A DNA stretch of 64,000 nucleotides from NCBI GenBank assembly GCA_016790845.1, contig JAEUOH010000116.1, positions 8,305 to 72,304 on the forward strand, given 5' to 3'. Each line of letters starts with the position of its first letter. Within the stretch, counting starts at the first letter, position 1. Positions 1 through 10,354 of this stretch are shown in pieces. Both the position numbers and the translations under genes were made by a program. The DNA comes from Dechloromonas sp. GTDB taxonomy: Bacteria > Pseudomonadota > Gammaproteobacteria > Burkholderiales > Rhodocyclaceae. Under the pieces are notes generated by a model. It ran no database searches. It saw only the letters and a list, made by a program, of their open reading frames with translations, and was not told where the DNA came from.

Positions 1-150
1 TTGATCGGCGATTTTGCCGGGCAGCGCGCCGGCGGTGCAGCCAACGCCCTTGCCTTGCTGCTGTTCATCGCCACCATTCTGACCAGCGTCGTGCGCGGCA
101 AGCGGCAGACCCGTTCCTCCGAAAAGGCGGCAAACGATGAAACGCCATGA
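1..150 (+). CDS. 3' end of a membrane protein (partial; begins before the window)
   Basis: Frame 1 reads LIGDFAGQRAGGAANALALLLFIATILTSVVRGKRQ...DETP* with a hydrophobic helix; TGA at 148-150 overlaps the next gene. Confidence 0.55.
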   Translation: MIGDFAGQRAGGAANALALLLFIATILTSVVRGKRQTRSSEKAANDETP

Positions 151-547
151 ACAGTTGCAGAATCTCTCGCGCGAGCATCACCTGGCACTGAAACTGGCGC
201 TGCTCGTCCGGCGCGCGCTCGAGTCGGGCGAGCCGCCGAAGATCCAAGCGGCGGCAACCACATGCGCCACGGCTTTCGTCAGCGACCTAGAGCCGCATTT
301 TATCCGCGAGGAGAGCGATGTGCTGCCACTGCTGGCGCAGGCCGGTGAAATCGCGCTCGTCGAGCGGACACTGAACGAGCATGACGAGATGCGCCGCCTG
401 GCCACCAAACTCGACTTGCCCACCGCCGACCCGGCGACACTGCAGCGCTTCGGCAAACTGCTCGGTGCCCATGTGCGCTTCGAGGAACATGAATTGTTCG
501 AGGTGGCGCAACGCCATCTGACAGCGGACGACAAAACCAATGACTGA
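137..547 (+). CDS. Hemerythrin/HHE cation-binding domain protein
   Basis: LSREHH, HFIREE, EHDEM and HVRFEE hemerythrin-like motifs. Confidence 0.8.
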   Translation: MKRHEQLQNLSREHHLALKLALLVRRALESGEPPKIQAAATTCATAFVSDLEPHFIREESDVLPLLAQAGEIALVERTLNEHDEMRRLATKLDLPTADPATLQRFGKLLGAHVRFEEHELFEVAQRHLTADDKTND

Positions 548-1475
548 CTCCCGCTGGCAACGCTTCCGGCACTTCATTGGCTTTCCGGCCAGCGGCCATC
601 ACGCCGGTGAGCAACTGGTCGCCACGCTCGGCGGCGCCATCGGTATCCTGCTCATCGTCGTCGTCACGCAGGCGGTCGTCGGGCGGGAAGGAGCGCTGGT
701 TATCGTGCCTTCGATGGGGGCTTCGGCCGTCCTTATCTTCGCCGCGCCGCACAGCCCGTTCGCCCAGCCCTGGGCGGTTGCGGCCGGGCATGTGCTTTCG
801 GCGCTGGTCGGCGTCGCCTGCTGGCAACTGGTGCCGAATCCGACGCTGGCGGCCGGTCTCGCCGTCGGTCTGGCGATCGGCCTCATGCACGTGACGCGCT
901 GCCTGCATCCGCCGGGCGGCGCGACGGCGCTGGCGGCGGTGATCGGCGGCAGCGCCGTGCACGAGTTGGGTTATCGCTACGCGCTGAGCCCGATTGCGCT
1001 CAACTGCGCGATCATCCTGATCGTTGGCGTCGTATTCAACTACGCCTTCGCGTGGCGGCGTTACCCGGCCAGCCTGATGCGCTACCGACACGCACCGGAG
1101 CACCCTGGCACCGTCTGGCCGCCCATCGACGAGCGGCACGTCGTGGCAGCCATGGAACACCTCAACGTCGTCGTCGACGTCAGTCCCGACGAAATGGGCG
1201 AGCTGATTCACCAGACGCTGGATATCGCCCAGCGCGCGCAGGACGCCCGCCTGCCGGAGGTCCGGCTCGGGCGCTTCTACTGCAACGACCGTCCGGGGCA
1301 GCAATGGTCGGTGCGCCAAATCGTCGACGAGCGCCGCTCCGACAACCCCGAATTCGACCTCGTCATCTACAAGGTGGTGGACGGCAACGGCCTGAACCGC
1401 ACCGGTAGCTGCACGCGTACCGAATTCGCGCGCTGGGTCGGCAGTGAACTGCAGCCACGTACCCGGAAACCCTGA
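540..1475 (+). CDS. HPP family membrane protein
   Basis: MGASAVL, PFAQPW and CLHPPGGA motifs; several TM helices; soluble C-terminal extension. Confidence 0.9.
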   Translation: MTDSRWQRFRHFIGFPASGHHAGEQLVATLGGAIGILLIVVVTQAVVGREGALVIVPSMGASAVLIFAAPHSPFAQPWAVAAGHVLSALVGVACWQLVPNPTLAAGLAVGLAIGLMHVTRCLHPPGGATALAAVIGGSAVHELGYRYALSPIALNCAIILIVGVVFNYAFAWRRYPASLMRYRHAPEHPGTVWPPIDERHVVAAMEHLNVVVDVSPDEMGELIHQTLDIAQRAQDARLPEVRLGRFYCNDRPGQQWSVRQIVDERRSDNPEFDLVIYKVVDGNGLNRTGSCTRTEFARWVGSELQPRTRKP

Positions 1476-1484
1476 CCCTATGTC

Positions 1485-1889
1485 TCAAGCGACCGACCGC
1501 TCGCCAAAGAGCGCCACCCAGCCGCGGATGACGCGGTAGCCGACCCACAGACCGAGGATGACGATAAGAATCCAGGCTATGGGAATGCCGATGATCGTGA
1601 TGATCAGCAGGCCATAGACCACCAGCCACAATGCGGTAAACCAGAACGTGCGGATCTGCCAGCGAAAATGGCTTTCCAGCCAGGTGCCGTTGACGTCGCT
1701 GCGCTTCAGGTAATTCAGGAAGACAGCAACCAGCGACGGCAGACCGAAGACGAATCCGCCGGCGACCGTCGCCGACGAGGTAACGCCGACGAGGACGGCG
1801 ATGGCGTGCAGGCCGTAGATGAAATGGGTCAGTTGCACCAGCGAATTGCGCACGCCGTGCACAAGGGTCGCAGGGACGGGTTCGGACAT
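1485..1889 (-). CDS. Small membrane protein (DUF4870-like)
   Basis: ESHFRWQIRTFW motif and three hydrophobic segments. Confidence 0.75.
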   Translation of the reverse strand: MSEPVPATLVHGVRNSLVQLTHFIYGLHAIAVLVGVTSSATVAGGFVFGLPSLVAVFLNYLKRSDVNGTWLESHFRWQIRTFWFTALWLVVYGLLIITIIGIPIAWILIVILGLWVGYRVIRGWVALFGERSVA

Positions 1890-1891
1890 GA

Positions 1892-2383
1892 TCAGTTCTC
1901 CGAAAGATATTTCTGCAGGAACAGCGCGTGCCCTGCCGCCGGGTCAAGCACGTAGGGCGCAAAGCCGGCGCGCTCGTAGGCGGCCAACGCCCGCGTGTTG
2001 TTGGTCAGCACTTCGAGCGTCAATTTGCAGCAGCCGAGTTCGCGTCCCCGCTGCTCGGCCCAGTGCAGCAGGGCCTGGCCGATGCCCTGCCCGCGACGGT
2101 CGGCGCGGGTGACGATGTCGTGGATATTGAGCAAGGGCTTGGCGGCAAAGGTGGAGAAACCGGCGAAGCAGTTGATCAGGCCAACCGCCTCGCCGCCGCT
2201 GTAGGCCAGCGCGCCATGGAAACCGGGCTGGGCTTGCAGTTCGCGCACCAGGTTGGCCTTGGCGTAATCCGAAAGCCCAATGCCGCCGCCCATCGGGTCG
2301 CGTGCATAGTGGTCGAGCAGTTCGAGCCAGGTTTTGGAAATTGCCTCGTTTTCGAGGTCGACCGCAACCACCCGCAAACTCAC
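1892..2383 (-). CDS. GNAT family N-acetyltransferase
   Basis: [11 protein letters not shown] acetyl-CoA motif and YERAGF; GTG start overlaps the ubiD stop (GTGA). Confidence 0.85.
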   Translation of the reverse strand: MSLRVVAVDLENEAISKTWLELLDHYARDPMGGGIGLSDYAKANLVRELQAQPGFHGALAYSGGEAVGLINCFAGFSTFAAKPLLNIHDIVTRADRRGQGIGQALLHWAEQRGRELGCCKLTLEVLTNNTRALAAYERAGFAPYVLDPAAGHALFLQKYLSEN

Positions 2384-3855
2384 AGCCCGAGGTCTCCCCA
2401 CAGGGCATCGACGCGCGCTTTTACGTCGGCGTCCATGACGATCGGCCGCCCCCATTCGCGGTTCGTCTCACCGGACCACTTGTTGGTCGCGTCCAGCCCC
2501 ATCTTCGAGCCCAAGCCGGCGACTGGGCTGGCGAAGTCGAGGTAATCGATCGGCGTGTTATCGACCAGCGTCGTGTCGCGCGTCGCGTCCATGCGCGTCG
2601 TCATCGCCCACACCACTTCCTTCCAGTCGCGGATGTCGATGTCGTCGTCGACGACGATGATCGTCTTGGTGTACATGAACTGGCGCAGGAAGGACCAGAT
2701 GCCGAACATGATGCGCTTGGCGTGACCGGGGTACTGCTTCTTGATCGAAACGATGGCCATGCGGTAAGAGCAGCCTTCCGGCGGCAGGTAGAAATCGACG
2801 ATTTCCGGGTACTGCTTCTGGAGTAGCGGCACGAAGACCTCGTTGAGCGCCACGCCCAGCACCGCCGGTTCGTCGGGCGGCTTGCCGGTGTAGGTGCTGT
2901 GATAGATCGGGTCGCGGCGCATGGTGACGCGCTCGATGGTGAAGACCGGGAATTCGGCCTGCTCGTTGTAGTAGCCGGTGTGATCGCCGTACGGGCCTTC
3001 GAGGGCCATTTCGCCCGGATGAATCACGCCTTCCAGCACGATTTCCGCCGAGGCCGGCACCTGCAAAGTGGAGCCGAGGCATTGCGTCAACTCGGTCTTG
3101 CCACCGCGCAGCAGGCCGGCGAACTGGTATTCGGAAAGCGAATCCGGCACTGGTGTCACCGCACCGAGAATGGTCGCCGGATCGCAGCCGAGTACCACGG
3201 CCACCGGAAACGGCTGGCCGGGATTGGCCAACTGGTGATCGCGGAAATCCAGCGCGCCGCCGCGATGGGCCAGCCAGCGCATGATCACCTTGTTCGGGCC
3301 GAGCACCTGCTGGCGGTAGATGCCGAGGTTCTGCCGGTTCTTGTGCGGGCCGCGCGTGACGACCAGGCCCCAGGTAATCAGCGGCGCCACGTCGCCCGGC
3401 CAGCAGTGCTGGATCGGCAGCTTGGCCAGATCGACATCCTTGCCCTCCCAGACGATTTCCTGGCACGGCGCGTTCGACACCTTCTTCGGCGCCATATTGA
3501 GCACCTGTTTCAGGATGGGCAGCTTGTCCCAGGCGTCCTTCAAGCCCTTCGGCGGCTCCGGCTCCTTCAGGTAGGCAAGCAGCTTGCCGACTTCGCGCAG
3601 CGCCTGCACCGATTCCTCGCCCATGCCCAGCGCCACCCGCTGCGGCGTGCCGAACAGGTTGGCCAGCACCGGGATGGTGTGGCGGGTGTCACCGCTTTTC
3701 GGCTTCTCGAACAGGATGGCCGGCCCTTCGGCGCGCAGCACGCGGTCGCAAATCTCGGTCATTTCGAGACGGGTATCCACCTCGACGCCAACGCGCTTAA
3801 GCCCGCCGGTCTTTTCCAGTTGCGACATGAAGTCGCGCAGATCGTGGTATTTCAT
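2380..3855 (-). CDS. ubiD: 4-hydroxy-3-polyprenylbenzoate decarboxylase
   Basis: MKYHDLRDF start, [18 protein letters not shown] and GLDATNKW motifs. Confidence 0.96.
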   Translation of the reverse strand: MKYHDLRDFMSQLEKTGGLKRVGVEVDTRLEMTEICDRVLRAEGPAILFEKPKSGDTRHTIPVLANLFGTPQRVALGMGEESVQALREVGKLLAYLKEPEPPKGLKDAWDKLPILKQVLNMAPKKVSNAPCQEIVWEGKDVDLAKLPIQHCWPGDVAPLITWGLVVTRGPHKNRQNLGIYRQQVLGPNKVIMRWLAHRGGALDFRDHQLANPGQPFPVAVVLGCDPATILGAVTPVPDSLSEYQFAGLLRGGKTELTQCLGSTLQVPASAEIVLEGVIHPGEMALEGPYGDHTGYYNEQAEFPVFTIERVTMRRDPIYHSTYTGKPPDEPAVLGVALNEVFVPLLQKQYPEIVDFYLPPEGCSYRMAIVSIKKQYPGHAKRIMFGIWSFLRQFMYTKTIIVVDDDIDIRDWKEVVWAMTTRMDATRDTTLVDNTPIDYLDFASPVAGLGSKMGLDATNKWSGETNREWGRPIVMDADVKARVDALWGDLGL

Positions 3856-4274
3856 CGCGTGCGGTAGGAGAAGTGGCAGGCGACGCAGCCCGCGGTCAGG
3901 TTAGGCAACAGGGCCAGCGCCTTGTCGCGGTCGCCGGTCATAGCCGCCGTCGCGAACTCGCTGGCCGCTTTGTGGCCATCCATGCCGATGCCGTGCATGG
4001 CTGGCGGCATGTGCGGGCCGGGACGCGCGTCGAAGGGCTTGTGGCGGTGCTTGCCCATGGCCGACACGCCCAGTTTGGCCTCGGCAACCTCACCGGCCTC
4101 CTTGATCCTGCCGGCGGCAATCAGTGACATGACCTCATTGAGGGCAACGAGATTGTCCCGCATTTCCTCGACCAAGGCTTCCTGCGCCGGGGCCGGCAAT
4201 TTGACGAATTGCCGCGTGTCTTCGGCACCTGCTGCGGTCGACAGCAAAAAAAGGGCAAAAACCAAAGCCTTCAT
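3852..4274 (-). CDS. Periplasmic c-type cytochrome (class II/cytochrome c'-like)
   Basis: Signal peptide [17 protein letters not shown] and C-terminal CVACH haem motif; start reassigned to the ATG at 4274. Confidence 0.75.
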   Translation of the reverse strand: MKALVFALFLLSTAAGAEDTRQFVKLPAPAQEALVEEMRDNLVALNEVMSLIAAGRIKEAGEVAEAKLGVSAMGKHRHKPFDARPGPHMPPAMHGIGMDGHKAASEFATAAMTGDRDKALALLPNLTAGCVACHFSYRTR

Positions 4275-5161
4275 CCGAAGCTCCTTCCGGAAACCAGGAA
4301 ATCGACGACGATCCCGGCGAAGATCGCCGCGCCGACGTAGTTGTTGTGCAGGAAAGCCTTGAAGCAGGCCATGCGCTCGCGGCCGCGAATCCAGGTGTAA
4401 TGCACACCCATGATGCCGGCGGCGACCGCCAGCCCGGCGAAGAAGGCCCAGCCCATATGCAGCGTGTAGCCGACCCAGCCGATGATCCCCAACGTCGCCG
4501 CGTAGCAGAACATCACCGCCGCCACGTCGAAGCGGCCGAAGGTGATGGCCGAGGTCTTGATGCCGATTTTCAGATCGTCGTCGCGGTCGACCATCGCGTA
4601 TTCGGTGTCGTAGGCGACCGCCCAGAAGACGTTGGCAAGCAACAGCCACCAGGCTTCGGCCGGCACTTCGCCAAGCTGCGCCGCGTAGGCCATCGGGATA
4701 CCGAAACCGAAGGCGATGCCGAGGTAGGCCTGCGGAATGGCAAAAAAACGCTTGGTGAAGGGATAGCTGGCGGCGAGGAAGAGCGCCGGCACCGACAGCC
4801 AGATCACCAGCGGATTGCCGAGCAGCAGCACCAAGCCGAAGGCACACAACGACAGCGCGGCAAACAGTGCCAGCGCCTCCTTCGTCGTCACCTTGCCGGC
4901 GGTCAGCGGACGTTCCTTCGTGCGCTCGACGTGCTTGTCGAAATCGCGGTCGGCATAGTCGTTGATGACGCAGCCGGCCGAGCGCATCAGCACCGTGCCG
5001 AGGATGAAGACCCAGAGCACGATGCGGTCGGGCCGGCCGTCCGCCGACAGCCACAGCGCCCACAGCGTCGGCCACAGCAGGAGCAGGATGCCGATCGGCT
5101 TGTCGAGCCGCATCAGCTTTTCGTAGAGATCGATTCTTTGGACGAGGGCTTGCCGGTTCAT
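4271..5161 (-). CDS. ubiA: 4-hydroxybenzoate polyprenyltransferase
   Basis: [17 protein letters not shown] and [13 protein letters not shown] motifs. Confidence 0.96.
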   Translation of the reverse strand: MNRQALVQRIDLYEKLMRLDKPIGILLLLWPTLWALWLSADGRPDRIVLWVFILGTVLMRSAGCVINDYADRDFDKHVERTKERPLTAGKVTTKEALALFAALSLCAFGLVLLLGNPLVIWLSVPALFLAASYPFTKRFFAIPQAYLGIAFGFGIPMAYAAQLGEVPAEAWWLLLANVFWAVAYDTEYAMVDRDDDLKIGIKTSAITFGRFDVAAVMFCYAATLGIIGWVGYTLHMGWAFFAGLAVAAGIMGVHYTWIRGRERMACFKAFLHNNYVGAAIFAGIVVDFLVSGRSFG

Positions 5162-5205
5162 CGGGCGATTTTACCTTGGCTGCTGCGGTCGACCGCCGGA
5201 ATGGC

Positions 5206-7086
5206 CTATTTTTCCGGGCCGCGCAGGGCCAGCACCTGCGCATGCAGCATTTTCGGGCTGGCTTCCGTAGCTTCCACCGGCGGCCCGGCGCGCAAGGTAA
5301 TCCGCGCGAACAGCCCGCGCCGGAACGGGGACTTCATCGCCTCGCCATCGACCCGCGAGAAGAAGCTGCCCCACAGCCCGGACAGCGCCAGCGGCACGAC
5401 CGGCACCGGGTTGGCGGCGAGAATGCGCGAAATGCCGGGACGGAAGGGCTGCAGTTCGCCGTCGCGGGTGATGTTGCCTTCAGGAAAGATGGCGACCAGC
5501 TCGCCGTCGGCCAGCGCGCTCGACACTGCGGCGAAGGCCTTTTCCATCAGCGCCGGGTCTTCCTTGGCGGCGGCAATGGGGATCGCGCCGCAATGGCGGA
5601 AGACATAGCTGAGGACGGGAATGCGGAAGATGCGGTGATCCATGACGAAGCGCACCGGACGCGGTGCGGCGCCCATGATGATCACTGCGTCGACGAAGCT
5701 GACATGGTTGGCGACCAGAACGGCGGCACCCTCTGCCGGGATGTGGTCTAGCCCTTCGCTGCGCAGCCGGTAGGCGGCCTTGATCAGCAGCCAGGCGATG
5801 AAACGCAGCAGGAATTCCGGCACCAGCCCATAGATGTAGATCGCCACTGCCGCATTGAGCAGCGCGGCGATGCCGAACAGTGCCGGGATCGACAGCCCGG
5901 CTGTCAGCAACGCCGCCGCCCCGAGTGCACCGACGACCATGAACAGCGCGTTGACGATGTTGTTGGCGGCGATGATGCGCGCCCGGTGCTCGGTCGAGCT
6001 GCGCAGTTGCACCAGCGCGTAGAGCGGCACGATGAAGAAGCCGCCGAAGACGCCGAGCATCATCAGGTCGAACAGCACGCGCCAGATCGCCGGCAGGCTG
6101 AGCAAGGCGAGCAGTTCGTGGGGACTGTTCCCGATCAGCCCGACCGGCGAGGCGAAATACATGTCGAGTCCGAACAGCGTCAAGCCGATCGAGCCGAACG
6201 GGACAAGGCCGATTTCGACGCGCTTGCCCGACATCCGCTCGCACAACAGCGAACCGAGGCCGATGCCGACCGTAAAGGTGGCGAGGAGCAGCGTCACCGA
6301 CGATTCGCCGCCGCCCAGCACGTTCTTGGCGTAGGCCGGGAACTGGGCGAGGAACAGCGCGCCGTAGAGCCAGAACCAGGAAATGCCGAGGATCGACAGG
6401 AAAACGGTGCGGTTGGCGCGGGCGAAGTTGATGTTGCGCCAGGTTTCGGTGATCGGATTGGGGTTGACCTTCAACCCGGGGACCGGTGCCGGCGCCGCCG
6501 GAATGCCGCGACTGATCACGTAGCCGGCCAGCGCGACGACGAAGCCGCCGACCGCGATCCATGCCGGATGGTCTACCGAACCGGCGAGCAGGCCACCGGC
6601 CAGGGTGCCGACCAGGATGGCGACAAAAGTGCCGGCCTCGATCAGCGCGTTGCCGCCGACCAGCTCGTCGGTATGCAGGTGCTGAGGCAGGATGGCGTAC
6701 TTGACCGGCCCAAACAGCGTCGAGTGCAGGCCGAGCAGGAACAGTGCCCCCATCAGCAGATTCAGGCTGTGCATGAAAAAGCCGACCGCCGCGACGCCCA
6801 TGATGACCATCTCCAGCACCTTGACCAGGCGCGCCAGCAGCGCCTTGTCGTACTTGTCGGCCAGTTGCCCGGCGGTGGCCGAGAACAGGAAGAAAGGCAG
6901 GATGAAGATTCCCGCCGCCAGGTTGGCCAGCAGTTCCGGCTGGAGCGTGGTCCATTGCGCCGACTGGAAGGTCAGCAGGACGATCAGCGCGTTCTTGAAC
7001 AGATTGTCGTTGAAGGCGCCAAGGAACTGCGTGCCGAAGAAAGGCGCGAAACGCTTCTGTTTGAGGAGTCCGAATTGTCCGCTCAT
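5206..7086 (-). CDS. MFS lysophospholipid transporter (LplT-like) fused to a PlsC-type acyltransferase
   Basis: TQFLGAFNDN MFS N-terminus; C-terminal NHVSFVD and FPEG acyltransferase motifs. Confidence 0.88.
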   Translation of the reverse strand: MSGQFGLLKQKRFAPFFGTQFLGAFNDNLFKNALIVLLTFQSAQWTTLQPELLANLAAGIFILPFFLFSATAGQLADKYDKALLARLVKVLEMVIMGVAAVGFFMHSLNLLMGALFLLGLHSTLFGPVKYAILPQHLHTDELVGGNALIEAGTFVAILVGTLAGGLLAGSVDHPAWIAVGGFVVALAGYVISRGIPAAPAPVPGLKVNPNPITETWRNINFARANRTVFLSILGISWFWLYGALFLAQFPAYAKNVLGGGESSVTLLLATFTVGIGLGSLLCERMSGKRVEIGLVPFGSIGLTLFGLDMYFASPVGLIGNSPHELLALLSLPAIWRVLFDLMMLGVFGGFFIVPLYALVQLRSSTEHRARIIAANNIVNALFMVVGALGAAALLTAGLSIPALFGIAALLNAAVAIYIYGLVPEFLLRFIAWLLIKAAYRLRSEGLDHIPAEGAAVLVANHVSFVDAVIIMGAAPRPVRFVMDHRIFRIPVLSYVFRHCGAIPIAAAKEDPALMEKAFAAVSSALADGELVAIFPEGNITRDGELQPFRPGISRILAANPVPVVPLALSGLWGSFFSRVDGEAMKSPFRRGLFARITLRAGPPVEATEASPKMLHAQVLALRGPEK

Positions 7087-7176
7087 GGTCCTGTTGCGCC
7101 GGGCAAATCCATGCTCAGGCAAGCATCCGGGCGCGCTGGGCGCTCACTGGGTAATCGACGCATGGCTTCGGCAAAT

Positions 7177-7578
7177 TTAATTCGGGTTGTAAGCGAAGTT
7201 CGAACGGCGCAGGACATTGCCGTCCTTGTCCACGACCTCGACAGTCCAGTTGCCCGTCCACTCGGGTTGCATCGCGGATTTCGACCAGGCTGGCTGGCGA
7301 ACCTTGGTGACCTTGATCGGGACCACCTGCATCTGCTTGCCTTCGAGACTCCAGCGATGGCTGACCGTCTGCCCCTTCAGGTCAAGCAACTCTCCATAAA
7401 AATACACTACCGGGGTGTCGTTCGAGAACTGCTGACGATAATCGGTGGGCGCATTCCCGCTGATCGCCGAAGTGAAGGTCGCGTTTTCCACCGAGCCGCC
7501 GGCGGCATGCGACGAAGCCAGCGGAAGCGACAGCGCAAGTGCCAGAGCGAGCGAAATCGTGAATCGACGTTTGATCAT
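7177..7578 (-). CDS. Secreted DUF2914-like protein
   Basis: Signal peptide; VYFYGEL...HRW...WSK...GNWTVEV pattern. Confidence 0.7.
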   Translation of the reverse strand: MIKRRFTISLALALALSLPLASSHAAGGSVENATFTSAISGNAPTDYRQQFSNDTPVVYFYGELLDLKGQTVSHRWSLEGKQMQVVPIKVTKVRQPAWSKSAMQPEWTGNWTVEVVDKDGNVLRRSNFAYNPN

Positions 7579-7654
7579 TTTTAAGTCCTGTTGATAGGCT
7601 GGAACGAAGCGGAAAGTCCTGAAACTGTACCCCAAACATTTGACAGGCATAAGC

Positions 7655-9796
7655 TCACACTGCCTCCGCCAGCCGTTTCAGGGTCACGTAATCGACCTTG
7701 CCGGTACCGAGCAGTGGCAGCGACTCGACACGATGAATCTTGCGCGGCACCGCCAGCTCGGGCACGCCGAGTTCGCGCGCCTTGTTGGCCAGCAACTCGC
7801 GGGTCAGCTCGCCGTCGGTGGTGAACAGTACCAGCGCCTCGCCCTTGCTGGCATCCGGCTGACTCGACACGGCGTGCAGCTTGTCCGGCGAGGTCGCGGT
7901 CGCCACCTTTTCGGCGACTTCGAGGCTGACCATCTCACCGGCGATCTTGGCGAAGCGTTTGACGCGGCCGACGATCTTCACGAAGCCTTCGTCGTCGATC
8001 TGCACCACGTCGCCGGTTTCGTACCAGCCCTCGCCAAGTTCCGAAGCCGGCGCTTGCAGCACGCCCGGCTGGTCGGCCTTCAGATAGCCGGACATCACAT
8101 TGGGGCCACGCACATGCAGGATGCCGCCGTGCTCGATGCCGGAAACCGGCAGCAGGCGATGTTCGATGCCCGGCAACAGGTTGCCGACGGTGCCGGTTTT
8201 ATAGGCCATGGGCGTGTTGACCGCAATCACCGGCGCCGTTTCGGTCGCGCCGTAGCCTTCGAAGATGCGCAGGCCGAATTTCTCGAACCACTGACTGCGC
8301 ACCGCTTCGGAAAGCTTTTCGGCACCTGCGACCACATAGCGCAGGCGGTAGAAGTCGTAGGGGTTGGCGAATTTGGCGTAGTTGGCGAGGAAGGTCGAAG
8401 TGCCGAACAGCACCGTGCAGCCCCGGTCGTAGGCCAGTTCCGGAATCACCCGGTAGTGCAGCGGCGAGGGATAGAGGAAGAGGCTGGCACCGTTCAACAC
8501 CGGCAGCAGCGCGCCCGCCGTCAGGCCGAAGGAGTGGAAGATGGGCAGCGCGTTGAGCACCTTGTCGTACACCGAGAAGTCGATGACGGCGCGAATCTGC
8601 GCGATATTGGCGAGGATCGCCCGGTGCGGCAGCACGACGCCCTTCGGCTTGCCTTCGGAACCGGAGGTGAAAAGCACGACGGCGGCTTCCTCGGGCGAGG
8701 TTTTCAGTTCGAAGGCGCGCGGGAAGTGGATGGCGTAAAGGATCAGCCACAGCTTGTCGCCAAGGCCGATCCGCTCACGAATGTCTTCCAGATAGTGCAC
8801 TTGCACGCCCTTCAAGCCGGCCAGCTTGTCGGTCAGCTTGCCCTGTTCGACGAAGGCGCGCGAGCTGATGACGGTACGGATTTCGGCGCCGTCGCAGGCG
8901 GCCTGCATGGCATCCACGCCGGCCGTGTAATTGAGCATGGCCGGCACCCGGCGGCGGGCGCTGAGGCCGAAGATCAGGCCCAGCGTCGGCACCAGGTTGG
9001 GCAGCAGCAGGCCGACGCGCTCGCCGGGCCTGGTCAGGCGCTCGACCTGGCGGGCGAGGATCAGCGCCATCTTCAGCAGGTCGTTGTACGAATACTCGAC
9101 CTGCTTGACGTCCTCGAACGGGCGTCGACCGCGGCCGAAGATTTCCGCCGCGTCGCACAGCGCGGTGTAGATCGTCTGCTCCGGGCGCGAGGCGAAGATC
9201 ATTTCCTGCATCAAGCGGCGCATCTGTTCGCCGGCCTTGCGCCGCCGCAATTTAGCGGTCGCGGCTTCGGGCATCGGGAAATGCGCTTCTGGCAACACGG
9301 TCAACTTGATTTTCGGAAAGATTTCCTTCGGATGGCGGCCGGACAAACGCGAGAAATAAGAGCGCGAAGCCCCGTCCAGGCGCACCGGAATCACCGTCGC
9401 GCCGGTCTTGGCGGCGACGAAGGCCGGGCCGTCGTAAACCTTCATCAACGAGCCGGTCAGCGTGATGCGCCCCTCCGGGAAGATGACCACCGGGCGGCCG
9501 GATTCGATTAGCCGGATGACCTTCTTCATCGCCATCGGACTGGTCGGATCGACTGCAAGATAGTCGACCTGCGAGAGCAGGATGCGGAACCAGAAGCTGT
9601 TGGCAATGCTGGTATGAACGACGAAAACCGGATCGATGGGCAGGAACAGGCCGAGCAGCAAACCATCGAGAAAGGATTCGTGATTGGCGACAATCAGCAG
9701 GCGCTCATGCGAGAAATCAGACTGCCGGAACTGAATATCGATGCGAAACAGCAATCGGGCCAGGCCGCGCAACAGCGGCCGCAAAATCTTGCGCAT
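7655..9796 (-). CDS. aas: Bifunctional 2-acylglycerophosphoethanolamine acyltransferase/acyl-ACP synthetase
   Basis: NHESFLD and FPEG acyltransferase domain; FTSGSEGKPKG, GYGATE and WYETGD AMP-binding motifs. Confidence 0.92.
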   Translation of the reverse strand: MRKILRPLLRGLARLLFRIDIQFRQSDFSHERLLIVANHESFLDGLLLGLFLPIDPVFVVHTSIANSFWFRILLSQVDYLAVDPTSPMAMKKVIRLIESGRPVVIFPEGRITLTGSLMKVYDGPAFVAAKTGATVIPVRLDGASRSYFSRLSGRHPKEIFPKIKLTVLPEAHFPMPEAATAKLRRRKAGEQMRRLMQEMIFASRPEQTIYTALCDAAEIFGRGRRPFEDVKQVEYSYNDLLKMALILARQVERLTRPGERVGLLLPNLVPTLGLIFGLSARRRVPAMLNYTAGVDAMQAACDGAEIRTVISSRAFVEQGKLTDKLAGLKGVQVHYLEDIRERIGLGDKLWLILYAIHFPRAFELKTSPEEAAVVLFTSGSEGKPKGVVLPHRAILANIAQIRAVIDFSVYDKVLNALPIFHSFGLTAGALLPVLNGASLFLYPSPLHYRVIPELAYDRGCTVLFGTSTFLANYAKFANPYDFYRLRYVVAGAEKLSEAVRSQWFEKFGLRIFEGYGATETAPVIAVNTPMAYKTGTVGNLLPGIEHRLLPVSGIEHGGILHVRGPNVMSGYLKADQPGVLQAPASELGEGWYETGDVVQIDDEGFVKIVGRVKRFAKIAGEMVSLEVAEKVATATSPDKLHAVSSQPDASKGEALVLFTTDGELTRELLANKARELGVPELAVPRKIHRVESLPLLGTGKVDYVTLKRLAEAV

Positions 9797-10107
9797 CAGG
9801 CGTTTTCCTTCAGGTAGTCGAGCACATTCCCCAGCGTGCTTTCCAGGGCATCGCGGTTGATCCAGAACCAGACTTCCCTGCCAATTTTTTCGGACGCGAG
9901 AACCCCGGCTTCACGCAGGATTTTCAAATGGTGCGACACCGTCGATTGCCCAAGCGTCGACACCTCGGCAATCTGCCCGGCGTTCAAACGCTCGCCCGGC
10001 TCGAACAGCAGCAGGATGCGTTGCCGGTGCTCGTCACCAAGCGCGACGAAAATCCGGGACATTTCAGTCCACTCGGGCGGCAGGGAACGAGAGTAGTCTT
10101 TTTTCAT
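9796..10107 (-). CDS. ArsR/SmtB family transcriptional regulator
   Basis: ALGDEHRQRIL and QSTVSHHLKILREAG HTH motifs. Confidence 0.9.
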   Translation of the reverse strand: MKKDYSRSLPPEWTEMSRIFVALGDEHRQRILLLFEPGERLNAGQIAEVSTLGQSTVSHHLKILREAGVLASEKIGREVWFWINRDALESTLGNVLDYLKENA

Positions 10108-10144
10108 ATCGATTATCTTAAATACATCGATATGAATTCGTCAA
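10103..10144 (-). promoter_or_regulatory. Putative sigma70 promoter and overlapping 11-bp inverted-repeat operator of the ArsR gene
   Basis: Minus strand TTGACG-N18-TAAGAT-N7-ATG; palindrome TTCATATCGAT-N12-ATCGATATGAA at 10103-10136. Confidence 0.6.
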
Positions 10145-10165
10145 GCAATTTTCTTTGTCATTTCC

Positions 10166-10210
10166 TCTCGTCCGCAGCTTAAGTCGAGACTTTCGCAGCT
10201 TAAGTCGAGA
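10166..10210 (+). repeat. Transposon end with two tandem 17-bp putative transposase-binding sites
   Basis: CGCAGCTTAAGTCGAGA at 10173-10189 and 10194-10210 (period 21). Confidence 0.85.
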
Positions 10211-10354
10211 TAGCAAACCCTTGTGCGACAATGATCTCCAAAGATTTCTAGGCGCCAGATAGCACAAAACAAGGCAAATCCAAGGATTTGAGTTTTGCGA
10301 TCTCGATTGAAAAACGCCTACATACCCAACGATTTGAACTCACTAAGTTTCTTC

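Noticed and set aside
3852-5243. 463-aa ORF from the track
   Set aside because: The N-terminal 320 aa overlap ubiA out of frame; only the last 140 aa (cytochrome c) are credible
7640-9511. 623-aa plus-strand ORF, and similar ones at 5986-7584, 50542-52434 and 59014-61107
   Set aside because: Each lies antisense to a well-supported gene (aas, MFS, GGDEF-EAL, ABC exporter)
10173-10210. Tandem 17-bp repeat as a possible CRISPR array or iteron
   Set aside because: Only two copies with a 4-nt gap and no cas or rep gene; inverted copies at 22943-23069 identify them as transposon-end sites
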